Under the pieces are notes generated by a model. The model was not told the DNA's origin. It saw only the letters and a program-made list of their open reading frames with translations, and did no database searches. This document shows positions 23,178 through 36,484 of a DNA stretch of 64,000 nt, one piece after another. The position numbers and the translations under genes are program-made. The DNA is taken from NCBI RefSeq assembly GCF_020745735.1, contig NC_083409.1, positions 96,740,048-96,804,047 on the forward strand, written 5' to 3'. Position 1 is the first letter of the stretch. Each line of letters opens with the position of its first letter. Source of the stretch: Hemiscyllium ocellatum. Lineage: Eukaryota.

Positions 23178-26100
23178 TTTTCCCATGGCCCTGCAAAATT
23201 GTTTTTCTTTCCAGCTAATGAACCAATTCTGCCTTGAAGATTTTGACCCTGACTTCCCCCACAGGCAATGCATTCAGATCCTAATCGCTCTCTGCGCTAA
23301 AGTCTTTTTTCCCCCTACTTTGCCATTTACCTTAAGTGTATGCCCTCTACTTCTCAATCCATTCACCTAATGTTTCTCCTTATCTATTTGTGTTCACATA
23401 CCTCCTTTTTTTTTCTTTTTCCTCCACACCCCTCTCCCATTTTGAATACCTCTATCAAATTTTCTCTCAGCCCTTTCCATGGAAAACAGTCCCAGCCTCT
23501 CCAGTCTCTCTTGTTATTACCAGGGATAAGGAATTTCATTCTTGAGACTGTTTTCTAAAGCCTGCCTGTTGATATCCTTCCCGAGGTGTAATGCCTAGAA
23601 CTGGATAAAATACTTCAGATGAGGCAGAACCAAAATTTTAAATGATTTTAATGTAACTTCTAAGCTTGAGTACTCTATAGTCCTATTGATTAAAGCCCAG
23701 GATGATGCATTCTTTCTTAATGACTCTATTAACTTGTCTTGCCATCTTCAATAATTTATACACAAGTACAATTTGGTCCCTCTGCTTCTGCATCCCCTTT
23801 TTAAGATTGTGCCCTCTATTTTGTATTGACTCTGCATTCTTCTTAACACCAAGTAACAACCTGTTAATGCCCTGTCCAAGCTCTCCATGGTTCTACTCCT
23901 CATTCTCTTGTTTCCATTATATTGTTTTGATGTTAAATTCTGAAACTGTGCACTGTACACAATGGCCTAGGTCATGAATGTAAATGGGAAAGAGTAGAGG
24001 TCGCCCGATCTGTAGGGATTTTCACTATAAATCATCCAGTCTAAAGACAACTGTTCATTCACCAACCTATTGTCAACCATGAATTGACTTCATGAGCAGC
24101 TATTCAGTCTCCCAGATGCAGCAGAAATGCTAAATTCTTCCCAGCTACGATCATTTGTGAAGAAGGGTCACTGGGGTGAAATCACTAACTCTGCTTTCTC
24201 CCAGCCTCCTCCCGTAGGAGTGTCCTGGCCTAGCATGGTGTGGTAGCCTCCCAGCCTGGCGTGGCGGCCTTCTGGCCTCCTGCAGTGGCCTGCTCCCATA
24301 TGGGCCTGCTGATATAGTGTGGAGTCAGAGCTTGGTACAGACCGTAAGCTAAATGCCAGCATGTATACTGTACTGTTTTCTGTGATGCTTGACATTTTAT
24401 TTCTCTAACAAGTCTTGTAACAAAAGCGGTACTTTTGTATCTGCATTGGCAGTGTAGAAACAGTACTCATTGAGTGTATGTGACAATAAAGACTAATCTA
24501 TTCTCTTCAGATGCTACCAGATCTCCTGAGTCTTTCCAGCATTTTCTGTTTTTGTTCCTGATTTCCAGCATCTGCAGTTTTTGTTCATTCATCACTGCTT
24601 TGTTTCCTGTCACAGTCAACTTCATATCCTAAAGGCTAGTTTGTTTTTTATTTTCTCTCTGGTCTTGAGTAGCATTTGATTGAATGGTTGAGAATGATGA
24701 TTTGTTTGTTTTTAAATGACTTGAGAGATTTTAATTATGCCATCAGCTGCAAGCTATTTGAATCTCCTCAGAGGGAGCTCATGGAAAGTTTATAATTAAG
24801 TCAAGAAAAGAAATGAAGCTTTGTAATAAGGAATTTAGTTCACGTGGTCCTTTTTTTTATAAAAATCCGTTAACTGAAGTTTTTAAAAATTGTTGAAGTT
24901 TTCAGGTGTCTTTTTGGATCCGCAAGAGAGATTAACTCAATGCTATTCAACCTGATGTGATCTTGCTTAGCATTGGACAATAAGCAGTTATCTTGTGCAA
25001 TTGATGATTCTGTCAACCATGTTACAGTGAGTCCTGGGTGAGAAGGTTGTGTGTTCAAGCCTGGTTTCAGGACTTCGGCCGTAATCCAGACTCTTTTTCT
25101 CTTCTGCTTTTAAAAGACCATTATTCTGTGCAATTTTAGCTTCCTTGCTTTTCTACTCTGTACTCTTACTGATAAAGCTCTGGGTAACGTGCTTTATTAG
25201 TGACTGTCTTAACCTGTCTTGCCACCTTCAATTGGAAGGTGCTGGAAATGTTAGAATGAGGCATTTAACTCAAGGTGGTCTCTGTCAAATGGACATGATA
25301 AATGTTTTGACCATTTTCATATTTAAAGAAGAGCAGTATAGTTTTGTTAGTGTAATGGTGATTAGTAATCCTTCAACTAATGCTCCTGGTCACTTATTTC
25401 ATAGCTATTTCTCTGCAGGTCACACGTTGTCTTGTGTTTTGTTACAGTGATGTGAGAAATGTGTAATTTACCTGTTGATTGTCAGTATAAAAGTTACTAC
25501 TACAGTATACCTGTATACTGTTTTTTTTTTGCTGTGTATCTTCACATCTGTCCACTTCCTTCACTTTCTTTATTCCAAAGACGTTTGCAATCTCCTCACA
25601 CTTGATCTATCTATCAACACCCAGTGCATAAACTGATGGTAGAATACGCGCTCGATTTGGAAAACGAGTGTAACCCTTTGAGGCAGCAAAAGCAAGTAAA
25701 GAAGAAGGAACAAGATAAATCTTGGGAACATCATTTTCAATTGTCAGCCTTGGGTAGTGGTCAAAATGCAAAAAAGTGGATGAAAAAATCAAGTAAAAGG
25801 TTGAAGTTGTCTTCGTAAAGAATTCAAGTTTTGATATTTTAGCCCAATTTGTTAGATTATTTTCAACCAATGCTTTTTGCTGGTTTGTTTTTTCAACAAA
25901 AGTGCTCATATCAATTTTCTGAAAGATGTGCACAAAAATGTAGGTACATGCATCACTGGTGAAATTCTAAGTCTGATCAGCATTATAGCTCATGAAATAT
26001 ATGTTTATAATGGCATTGAATAGATCATTGATTCCTATTTTCAATTGGGAGGGCTGTGTAGCAGCCTTACAGAGACGGTCTTTGACTTGGAACTAAATCT

Positions 26101-28994
26101 CATTTTCAAAAAAACAACAGGCTGGTTTTCTAACAGGTATGTGAACTTCAGCTGACCGATACTGCCCAGTAAAGTAGTAATTTAATCATCCTATTACTTT
26201 AAGGTTTAAATGTGAGCCCAGTTTTAAACTGTGATTTTAGGATATAAAGCATATATTAGGATCATTTTTATTTGCATGATTTGTTGTTGCAATGGGCACT
26301 TTAACCCCCATTATATATTTAGCTTGGTCAGTGTTTTCTACACCATGTTTAAAAGGGATGTCACGGATATATATTTACATTTTAGATTTGTAGAGATTTA
26401 CACTATTTTTATCAGGTTTTCTGCAGCTATTCCACTGACTGAACACTTGGATGTAAGTTTCCATTGGAACCTTGCATCATAATTATTTGCCCACATCTAA
26501 TATTAGATTAATTGATTTGATAGTTATTTGGTTTATCTTTCACTCCCTTCTTAAACAATGTTGTTATGTTGCTTTTTTTTTTGTCTTCCAACTGTGTGGT
26601 GTGCAAGACATGACATTTTGTATTCACATTTGCAGAACCATGTACAGATACTTTGTCACAAACAAAAAGCCAAAAGAAGACTGAGACAATTTAAGGAATT
26701 TTAAATGTCTATAATCTCCAACAACTTCAATCTGAAGGAATGACATTCCATGCATCTCTAATACCAAAAAACTTGATTTAAGATTCATAATGTTTCTACC
26801 ATGTCACTTGTACTATCATGGATAAGCCCACTTTTTGGACTATGTAGTGGGTATCTAGTAAGGATCCAATATACATTCCCTGTGTTGGTGCTGATTCTCT
26901 CAGCCGAATAATAAGATCGTAAGGCATAGGAGCAGAAATTTAGGCCATTCAGCCCATCGAGTTTGCTCTGCCACTCGATCATGGCTGATAACTTTCTCAG
27001 TCCTATTCTTCCGCTTTCTCCCCATATTCAAGATATTCAAGAACTTGTCTATCTCTGTCTTAAATATACTCACGACCTGGTCTCCACAGCCTTCTGTGGC
27101 AGTGAATTCCATATGTTCTCCACTCTCTGGCTGAAGAAGTTTCTCCATATCTACGTTCTAAAAGGTCTTCCTTGTACTCTAAGGCTGTGTGCTGACGGGT
27201 CCTAGTCTCTCCTCCCAACGGAAACATCTTCCCAATATCCACTCTGTCTAGGCCATTCAGTATGTTTCTTTAGATTTCACCGCCGCCCCCCCCCCCCCCC
27301 ATTCTTCTAAACTCCATAGAGTAAAAATAGCATCATGAATCTTCTAATGTGGGAGAGTAACTTTAGACAGCAAATTCATGATTTCAGTGTCCCTCGAATG
27401 TGCACTCACCAGAAGTTGATGTCTGATTTCCCAAGTTTTGCCTAAAGCAAAATTTAAAACTTATTCCTCCATAGTTATGAATGCTTTGCACAAATCATTC
27501 AAAATACAAATGTTAAATTGCTTCCATGTAACTTGCTCATGATCCAAATTTTCTTTGCAGATTGTTTACCTTGATTCTTTTTCACCTGGAATTTTAAATT
27601 TATTTTTTTCCAATCGTTGTCTAGAACAGTTTTTATCCACAAAGCATGACATGGTTTCAAATTTCAGTTTTGATTTAATTTTTCTCATTGTTTGATTAAA
27701 AATAATTAATGATCAATTTAGTTTCACATTAACTAGTGTGTTAATGTTGCAGTTTTGCTTTATTTACACTTTGATTTCAGCTCATGTGAAAAAACCCCAA
27801 TCTCGAGCGCTCGCACATACTCACGCGCGCACACATTGCATCCACATCTGTGGTTATGGTGATGTGGATAACTTTAAACAAGTGGAACACAAACTTCCAA
27901 TAACATCAATAGTTTTAAATGCCAGTAATGACTGGGCTTATAAAATGCAATTTCTTCTGCAGTCTTTAGTTTGTTAACACTGAGGGCAAGAACATTTTGA
28001 GCCATTTGTACTACACAGATGCTTTCAGAAATATTATCCCTTGTACATGAATGTTTGGTTTCTGACACTTATTTCACTGCAGTGAATTGTTCAGGGAATG
28101 TTCTAGGACCATACACCATTTAAATCAAGTTCTATACTTTGGCTATGCCATTTAAAAGAAAAATCAGCTAAGATGCCTGAATGACTACCACTTGGTGGCC
28201 CTGACTTCCATCATTATGAAATGCCTAGAGGGGTTAGTAATGGCACACACCGCCTCCAGCCTCCTGGTTTGCCTTGATCCATTAGAATTTGCCTACTATT
28301 GCAACTGGTCCATGGCGGACGACATCTCCCTGGCTCTCCACTCATCCCTGGAACACCTTATTAACAGAGAGACACTCCTTTTGATTGTGGACTTTAGCTC
28401 CGCCTTCATCCTAATTCCAGTCAAACTCCTCTCAACTCTGAGACCCAGGACTCTGCCTCTGCCTCTCCCTCAGAATCTGGGTCCTTTGATTTCCTGACCT
28501 GCAGGCGACAACTAGTAAGGACACCCCTTCGCAACAATCCTTTGATTCTGGTGCCCCTCAAGGCTGTGTACTCAGCCCCTCACTATACTCCTTTATACTC
28601 GCTCAATTGTGTGACTAAATTCAACTCCAATTCCATTTAATAAATTTCCTGATGACACCACCATAGTGATTTGGATCTCAAACAAACGACAAGACAGAGT
28701 ACAAGAAAGAGACAGCTCAGTGGTATGGTGTAAAGACATCAATCCCTCCCTCAATATCACTAAAATGAAAGAGCTGGTCATCTCCATCAGGACGTGGAGT
28801 GGACGACACTAGCCTATCTGTATCAGTGGTACTGAGGTGGTTGAGAGTTTGAGGACCCTAGAAGTAAATATCACCTACAATCTATTCTGATCCATCCACA
28901 TCAGCGCTTCATTCAAGAAAGCGCGCTTGTTTTACTGGCTCAGGAGGCTCAGGAAATTCAGCATGTCCACAATGACTCTTGGCATTTTCACCAA

Positions 28995-30660
28995 GGAGAA
29001 AGTGAGGACTGCAGATGTTGGAGATCAGAGTTGAAGAGTGTGGTGCTAGAAAAGCACAGTCAGGCAGCATCCAAGGAGTAGGAGAATTGATGTTTCAAAC
29101 TTAAACTCTTCAGCAATTAGGAAGTGGCCCAAGGGGGCTAAGAGAGAAATGGGAGAGCTGGGAATGCATTAGACAGGAAGGAAGATGGTCAGGTCAAGAG
29201 GATGGTGCTAGGTTGGAAGATTTGGATCTGGGTAAGGTGGGGGGGGGGGGGGGTGTGGAAAGAGAGGAAACTGGTGAAATCCACATTGATCTTGTGTGAT
29301 TGGAGTGTTCCAAGGTGGAAGATGAGGTGTTCTTCCTCCAGATGTCAGGTGGCTACGATTTGGTGGTGGAGACAGCCCAGGACCTGCATGTCCTTGGCAG
29401 AGTGTTGAGTCACAGGGCAGTGGGGTTGATTAGTACTTGTGTCCCAGAGACGTTCTCTGAAATGTTCTGCAAGTTGGCATCCTGTCTCTCAATGTAGAGG
29501 AGACCAATTGAGAGCAACGGACACAGTAGATGACGTGTGTGGAAGTACAGGTAAATCTGTCAGATGTGCAAGGAGAGGTAAAAATAATGACTGCAGATGC
29601 TGGAAACCAGAGTCTAGATTAGAGTGGTGCTGGAAAAGCACAGCAGTTCAGGCTGCATCCGAGGAGCAATAAAATCGATCTTTCGGGCAAAAGCCCTTCA
29701 GGTATCCCTGATGAAGGGCTTTTGCCCAAAACATCGATTTTACTGCTCCTCAGATGCTGCCTGAACTGCTGTGCTTTTTCAGCACCACTCTAATCTAGAC
29801 CCCAGATGTGGAAGGATCCTTTGTGGCTATGGACAAAGGTAAGGGCAGAGGTGTGGGTGCAGGTTTTGCACTTGTGACAGGGAAGGTGGATTGGTAGGGC
29901 GCATGGACCTAACCAGGGAGTCCCGGAGGGAATAGTCCATCTGGCACGCGCACATGGGTGAGAAGGGAAATATATCCCTGGTGGTGGGGTTTGTTTGGAG
30001 GTGGTGGAAGTGGCGGAGGATGATGCAATGTTTCTGGTGAGGTGGAAGGGGAGGACCAGAGGGCTTCTGCCCTTTGTTGAGATTGGAACACATGGGTTCC
30101 TTTCCCACATAGTCAACTATGCCCTCCAGTGCATCACCTCCACCCTTGAATCACCCCTCCAATCACCTTGGGGAGACAGGGCGCCAACTTGCAAAAAGTT
30201 TCAGACCACATTTCCGGGACACGCGTACTAAACCCCACTGCCCTGTGCCTGAGCACTTCAACTCTCTCTCCCACTCTGCCAAGGACGTGTAGGTCCTGGG
30301 CCTCTTCCACCACCAAATCCTAGCCACTCGACACCTGGAACAGCATCTCGTCTTCGCCTGGGGGCCTTCCAACCAGGCATCAATGTGGATTTTGCCAGTT
30401 TGCTCATATCCCCCACCCCCCACCAAACACACCAGATCCAAACTTACAACTTGGCACTGTCCTACCTGTTTATCTTCCTTCCCACCTATCTACTCCACCC
30501 TCCTCTCCAATCTATCACCTTCACCCCTACCGTAATCTACCTTGCACATTCCCAGCTACCTTTCTTTAGCCCCACCCCCTACCATTTATCTCTCAGCCCC
30601 CTTGGACCACCCCTCATTCCTGATGAAGAGCTTAAGCTCAAAATGTTGACTCTTCTGTTC
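28995..30660. mobile_element. Family A PLE with inverted structure (minus arm 28995-~30095, plus arm ~30095-30660)
   Basis: GIY-YIG remnants on both strands (CHKCKTCTHTS on minus; GETG/HFNS-like on plus); hammerhead remnant CTGATGA-A-GAGC-ttaa-GCTC at 30620-30647. Confidence 0.82.
29575..29802. mobile_element. Family A fold-back cassette nested in a PLE, 14-bp TSD
   Basis: Arms 29612-29700 and 29712-29800 are near-perfect reverse complements; CAGATGTG(C/G)AAGGA at 29561-29574 and 29803-29816. Confidence 0.9.
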
Positions 30661-31111
30661 CTATAAATGCACCATAGCCTGTATCAATTTCAGTTGCATC
30701 ACAGCTTGGTATGGCAACTGTTTTGGGAGAAAGTGAGGACTGCAGATGCTGGAGATTGGAGCCGAAAATGTGTTGCTGAAACTGATCTGCCCAAGACTGC
30801 AAGAAATTAGAGTTGTGAACACAGCCCAGCCCATCATCACAACCCAGCCCGTCATCACAACCCAGCCTTCCTTCCGTTGACTCTGTACTTTATCGCTGCG
30901 TTGGGAGAGCAGCCAACATAATCCAAGACCCCTCCCACCCTTCTCTTCCATCAGGCAGAAGTTGCAAAGTTTGAACACTATTCAAGAACCGCTTCTTCCC
31001 CACTGTTATCAGATTTTTGAATGGACTTGTCATAGGTTGTCTTTCTCTGCACCTTCTCGTAACACTACATTCTGCACTCTATTCCCCTGATGTACTTAAG
31101 AGTATGATTTA

Positions 31112-31385
31112 AAATCCCTATAGTGTGGAAGCAAGTCATTCAGCCCATCGGCTCCATAGTGACCCTCTGAAGAGCATCCCACAGATCCATTTCATCGCTG
31201 TAACCCTGCATTTCCCATACCTAACCACCTAGCCTGCACATCCCTGGATGCTATGGGCAATTTAGCATGACCAATCCACCTAACCTGTATATCTTTGGAT
31301 TGTGGGAGGAAACCGGAGCACCTGGAGAAAACTCTTGCAGACACCATGAGAATGTGTAAACTCCACACTTGCCTGAGGGTTGAAT
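31112..31385 (-). mobile_element. HE1-type V-SINE
   Basis: V-domain gtgggaggaaaccggagcacctggag...aaactccacac. Confidence 0.85.
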
Positions 31386-31806
31386 TTATTTGCTTAACAC
31401 AAAACAATACTTTTCACTGTATCACAGTGCATGTGACAATAATAAATCAAAACAGCATCCCAACAAAACAACATCTCCATTCCCAATAATGCATATTAGT
31501 AGAATGAGAAGCAGTTGATTTCTTCACCAAAAAAAACCTCTGTTCCAAATTCTAAACCATTTAGTTCCACTTCCTGTTTCTAAAAAGAGAACCTTTTCTC
31601 CTGTTTCCATGACATGAGTGAGATCATAGTGAACACTCACTGAAGTCCTTTTAAATTTGCAACATCCCTCTTTTAAGCACTCCTGTCACTCTATCCCCAC
31701 CCCCATCTCTTCCACTGTACCATTTTAAGAATGTTATTGTGTGGCTCTTTTTTTTTAATTCTCCTTCATAATCTTTCTAGCTATTTATCAGAAAATTTGT
31801 TGTCAT

Positions 31807-32443
31807 TGTTATGGACCAGACCAGACCAGACTCCCTCAAAATATTTTTTAGAAAGTCGCCTAAGTCCTAACTTTATTTTTAAAGGTAAATGTGAAGTGCC
31901 TGCTCGAGAAACAATGAGACTGGTCAAACTACTTCCTGTTAAGCAAAACAATTTATTTAAACACTGTGTAGTTAAAATACAACCAAAGAAAGACAAATCT
32001 GGAATAACTTAACTCTATTGGAAACCTAACAGTATAACAGATACAGTAACTATTACAAATGAACTGTTCCAATATAATAAACGTCCCATAAACATGCCCC
32101 TTGGCAAGAAGGAAAAGTCAGACACAGATTCTCACGTGCAGTTCTCCTGTCCTGGAAGGAAAAAAGCACAAAGAGAATATTCAGTGAGAGTAGCAGCCAG
32201 GAGATATTCACAGGAGGTTCCAACGCTGCGACATAAATAGTTTTTAAGGCTACTAACTAAAAGTCAAAACCCAAAAATCTAGATATGAGAGAGCTAGCCA
32301 CACCTAATCAGTCTGCATTGTTTTTTTAAAAAACGCAAGGCTGTTTATGTTACCCTAGACTGTTGCATACCTCTGCCTTCCAACCTCTCTTCAAAAGAAA
32401 ACAGAACAAAATGACCTTTAAAGCGACATGATGGTATGTCACA
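31807..32443 (-). mobile_element. Probable solo LTR
   Basis: TGTT...CACA termini; minus-strand AATAAA; terminus related to the 14138-15200 element. Confidence 0.5.
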
Positions 32444-33714
32444 CTTACCTGTATTGTGCCATCCTCTTGCATCTGTGGTAGGTTGTCTGAAAATATTTTG
32501 TAGTATGTCATGCATTTATGTGACCCCTCTTTCTGGTGCCTCCACTTTGTTCTCGAAGAGATCTCTGTCAATGTTTGTTTAGTCCTGGTCAAACAGATAA
32601 AATGTTAACAACAGTTACTTGGTAACACTTTTTACATGTGTTCCTACTCTTGCAAATGTGAGCACCTCTTTTTTTTTATGGTCTGCATTTGCAATTTGAA
32701 GCTCATACCTTAGCTAAAATAAAATGGTAATTTCAGCTCGAGCATTAATCTTGCATTTAAGCAGCCAAAAGTGGTCAACATAGTGGCACAAAACACAAGT
32801 CAGCTTCCCACAACACGTTCAGCTGTATTAGAACTTTGCAGCATTATCTGGAAAGAATTATGTTCAGGGTGCCTTGTTGTGTCTTTTGCCTTGGCTGGAA
32901 TTTGTTCACCATCACCATAATTTGCATTGGCTATTCAGATAATTGATCCTGATTTCCCTCAGCGTATATAAGTATAAGTAAGTTTGAAGCAAAGTACAAA
33001 ATACCATTTCCACGTTGTAGTATAAAAGTACCACTGTCATAAATATACGCAGGAGCTAGCCATTTTTCAAAGGTGAAGTGATTCACACTGCCAAAGATGA
33101 AAATTTGACATTAAATGCTAAGTCTACTATAACATGCATGAATTCGAAAATCTGCATATTGGCTTTACACTGGGCTTTCGTTTAGTGCGTTGGCATAATT
33201 CTGCCTTGTGTTCCCTGATCAGTGTTTAACCTACTCTGTCACGTATTTTGAGCAGCTAACCAAGTATATGAAACACCACTGGCTGACTAGTTTAGGCTGA
33301 AATATTATTGAAGAAAATAAATTCTCCTATTGGAACATTTTTGGATATTATGATCCAAGGTGATGTCAATGTAATCCCTTCTGAAAACAGCTTATGAGTC
33401 TTAGTTACAGAATTAAAAAGGACATGAGGGACAACTATTTTAGGCAGAATAAACTGCCAGAGGAAGTGGTGGATGCAGGTACAGTTCACATTTAAAAGAC
33501 ATTTGGATTGATATCTGAATAGGAAAGGCTTGGAGGGATATGGGCTGAACGCAGGCAGGTGGGAACATGGTCGCCATGGACTGGTTGAACCGAAGGGTCT
33601 GTTTCCATTCTGTATGAATATGATTGTATCTATTTTCCCCACTGACCTTTTAATTAAAGGATTGCATATGTAGGATATTCAGCACAGAAGCAGAATACTT
33701 TAGCCCAGCCAATC

Positions 33715-34520
33715 GAGTTGGGAGTCAAGTGTGCAGCTGGAAAAGCACAGCTGGTCAGGCAGCATCCGAGGAGTAGGAGAATCAACATTTGGACCATAAA
33801 CCGTTTTTTCAGGACTGGGGTTTGCAGGCCAAGGGGACTGAGAGATAAATGGGAGGGGGTAGGGAGCTGGGAATGCGATAGGTATATGAAGGTGGAGGTG
33901 AAGGGATAGGTCGGAGAGGATGGTGCAGTGGATAGATGGGAAGGGAGATAGACAGGTCACAAGGGCAGTGCTGAGTTGGAAGGTTGGATCTGGGTTTGGG
34001 GTTGGGGGGGGAAGAGGGAAAATGAGGAAACTGAAATCCACATTGATCCCTTGTGGTTGGAGAGTCCCAAGGCAGAAGATGAGGTGTCCCTCCTCCCAGG
34101 CATCAGGTGGTAAGAGTTTGGCGATGGAGGAGGCCCAGGGCCTGCATGTCTTTGGGAGAGTGAGAGGGGGCATTCAAGTGTTCAGCCACGGGGTGGTGAG
34201 GTTGTTTTGTGTGTTTTGTCCTGGATATATTCTCTGAAGTGCTTCGCAAGTAGGCGTCCTGCCTCTCCAATGTAGAGGAGACCACATCAGAAGCAACTGA
34301 TACTGTAAACAATGTGTGGAAGTGCAAATAAATCTCTGGTGGATGTGGAAGGCTCCTTTGGGGCCTTGGACAGAGGTAAAGGGGGAGGTGCGGGTACAGA
34401 TTTTGCAATTCTTGCATCGGCAGGAGATGGTGCCACGAGGGGAGGGTAGCCTGACCGGCTGTGCTTTTCCAGCACCACACTCCACTCTGATCAACAGCAT
34501 CTGCAGTTCTCACTTTCTCT
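33715..34520 (-). mobile_element. Family A PLE 3' part (GIY-YIG) with a short inverted terminal copy (34450-34520)
   Basis: Minus-strand SCRCKNCKICTRTS...FHIHQRFICTSTH, HPVAEHLN...KDMQALGLL, HLIFCLGTLQPQGINVDF. Confidence 0.88.
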
Positions 34521-36484
34521 CAACTGAGTCAACATTCCAGCCTCCTCCCCTGTTTACTTTTTCCCGTTCCACATTACTGCCATTACTTAGGTGAGGAAGT
34601 TTATAATGCTCTCCTGCAAAAGGCACCATTTTTTCTGTATCCTCTGGTACCATCATTGTAAATATTTTCTGCATCCTCTCTAGTATCTCTCGTAATATAA
34701 TTGCATGCAGCATTTTGTTCAGTCTATGGAAGGCTCTTTTGCAGGTTTAGAATTCTATCCCTAACTTTTAATTCTAATAGTTCTTGTTTCTAGTATTTTT
34801 CCCCTCCCTTTTTAGTAGGGAATTTCATTTTTAACCATCACTGAATTTATGCTGGCAGGTCTACATCTCATTGGATATGTACATGAGAAAAAAATGCCTT
34901 CCACAATTTCAGTTCTCTGTTTAAAAACCTTTTTATTTCCTGCTCTTAATTTGATGCCATATCTAAGTCCCTCATTCTAGAATGCTCAACCATTGGAACA
35001 GTGACCTATCTCTTCAGGATTCTAAATGCATATGGATATGGAGCACTTGGACTGCCAAAGGGCTTTGATAAGGTGACTTCTAAGTGGTTTATATCCAGGA
35101 TAAGGGCTCTGGAGTAGGAGTTGATATTGATGATTGATTAGCATGATTAATGATTTGGTTAATGAACAGGAAGCCAAGAGTTGGAATATTTATTTTCTAA
35201 TCAACCAGTTCAGCGACATTGTTACACACCTTAGGAGCAGGTGGGATTTGAACCAGGGAAGTATTCGCCCAACAACAGGGACACTGGCACTACCCTAGTA
35301 TACTATTGAGCTTTTTCAAGCTGTCAGGCTGTGACTATTGGAGTGCTACAAGAGCAAAGTTGGTGCCTCAGTTATTTATAATCTTGATTAATTGCGTAGA
35401 TGAAATAAAAAATACATATTCAAGTTTGCACATAATACAAAACTAGATGCGAATACAGTTCAGCAAGAGTTCATTAGATTGGTCCATGGGAGGAGAGTTG
35501 TTTTATGTTGCAAGGCTAAGTAAATTTGAGTTTGTATTATTTTGCCCTTAGAGAAATCAGTGGTGATATCATTCAAAAATTCAGGATTTTAATGGGACAT
35601 GACAGACTGGGCACTGAATGGTTGGGGAGTCCGGAACAAGGGACATAGGTTCAGGATAGCAGAAATTCTTTATTTCACAGGGCTGCAGATTATTTTTTAA
35701 AAATTTCCTGCTGTGTTGAATATAACTAAAGCTATGTTAGACACCTGTGTGAAAGGTCCAGTACAATGCTGTGGAAACACAACTTCAAATCCGACTGTGG
35801 TAGCTGGTGGAATTTAAATTCAACCAACAAATGTGGAGTTCAAATCAAATATTGTTATGGTGGCCATGAAACCATTTGTAGATTGTCATTCCCATCCAAT
35901 TCACTAATTCCTTTAGGAAAGGAAATCTGTTATTCGCACTTGGTCTGGCTTACAAGTGATTTGTGAGCAATGTAGTTGACTTTTAACTGCTTCTGCCTTC
36001 CTATGAATTAGGAGCAGAAGCGTGCCATTCTCCCCTTCAAGCCTATTCCACCATTGAATAAGTTTATGCTTGGTCTGTTTTGTGTCCCAAAGTTCACATT
36101 TCCATTTACCTTCCAGTTTAACCTTGAAATCCCTTAACTGAAAAGAACTCTCCTTTTAAAGCTATTTAATGGCCCTGCTTCTAATGCCTTGAGGCACAGC
36201 CTTTATGAGGGGAAAAATAGTACCTCTCATTTCAGTCTGAGAGTGAATCTTAATTTTTGAAACAATGCCACGTAGTTCTTTTAAAAGATAAAGGTAAGGT
36301 AAATTCACCATTATCTCACCAGACATTAGGGCTGCACACTGATTATGGAGAGAGGAGACTGCTGGTGGCTTATCCTGCAGGTCACCTTGCCTCAGGAGGG
36401 AAGAGGTTGAAAAGGATTGTCCTTAATCATAACCTCAGCTGGTGCGGGAATTGAACCCGTGCAGTTGGTATCATTCTACGTTGT

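Larger units (their letters stand above)
28170..31450 (+). mobile_element. Rex1/Babar-type LINE, fragmented by PLE and SINE insertions
   Basis: LNDYHLVALTSIIMKCLE, LDPLEFAY, VDFSSAF, GAPQGCVLSP, KFPDDT; tail gtgacaataataaatcaaa ~31430. Confidence 0.85.

Noticed and set aside
25624-25818. Lys-rich 64-aa ORF as a candidate alternative exon
   Set aside because: No phase 0 donor and no recognisable homology.
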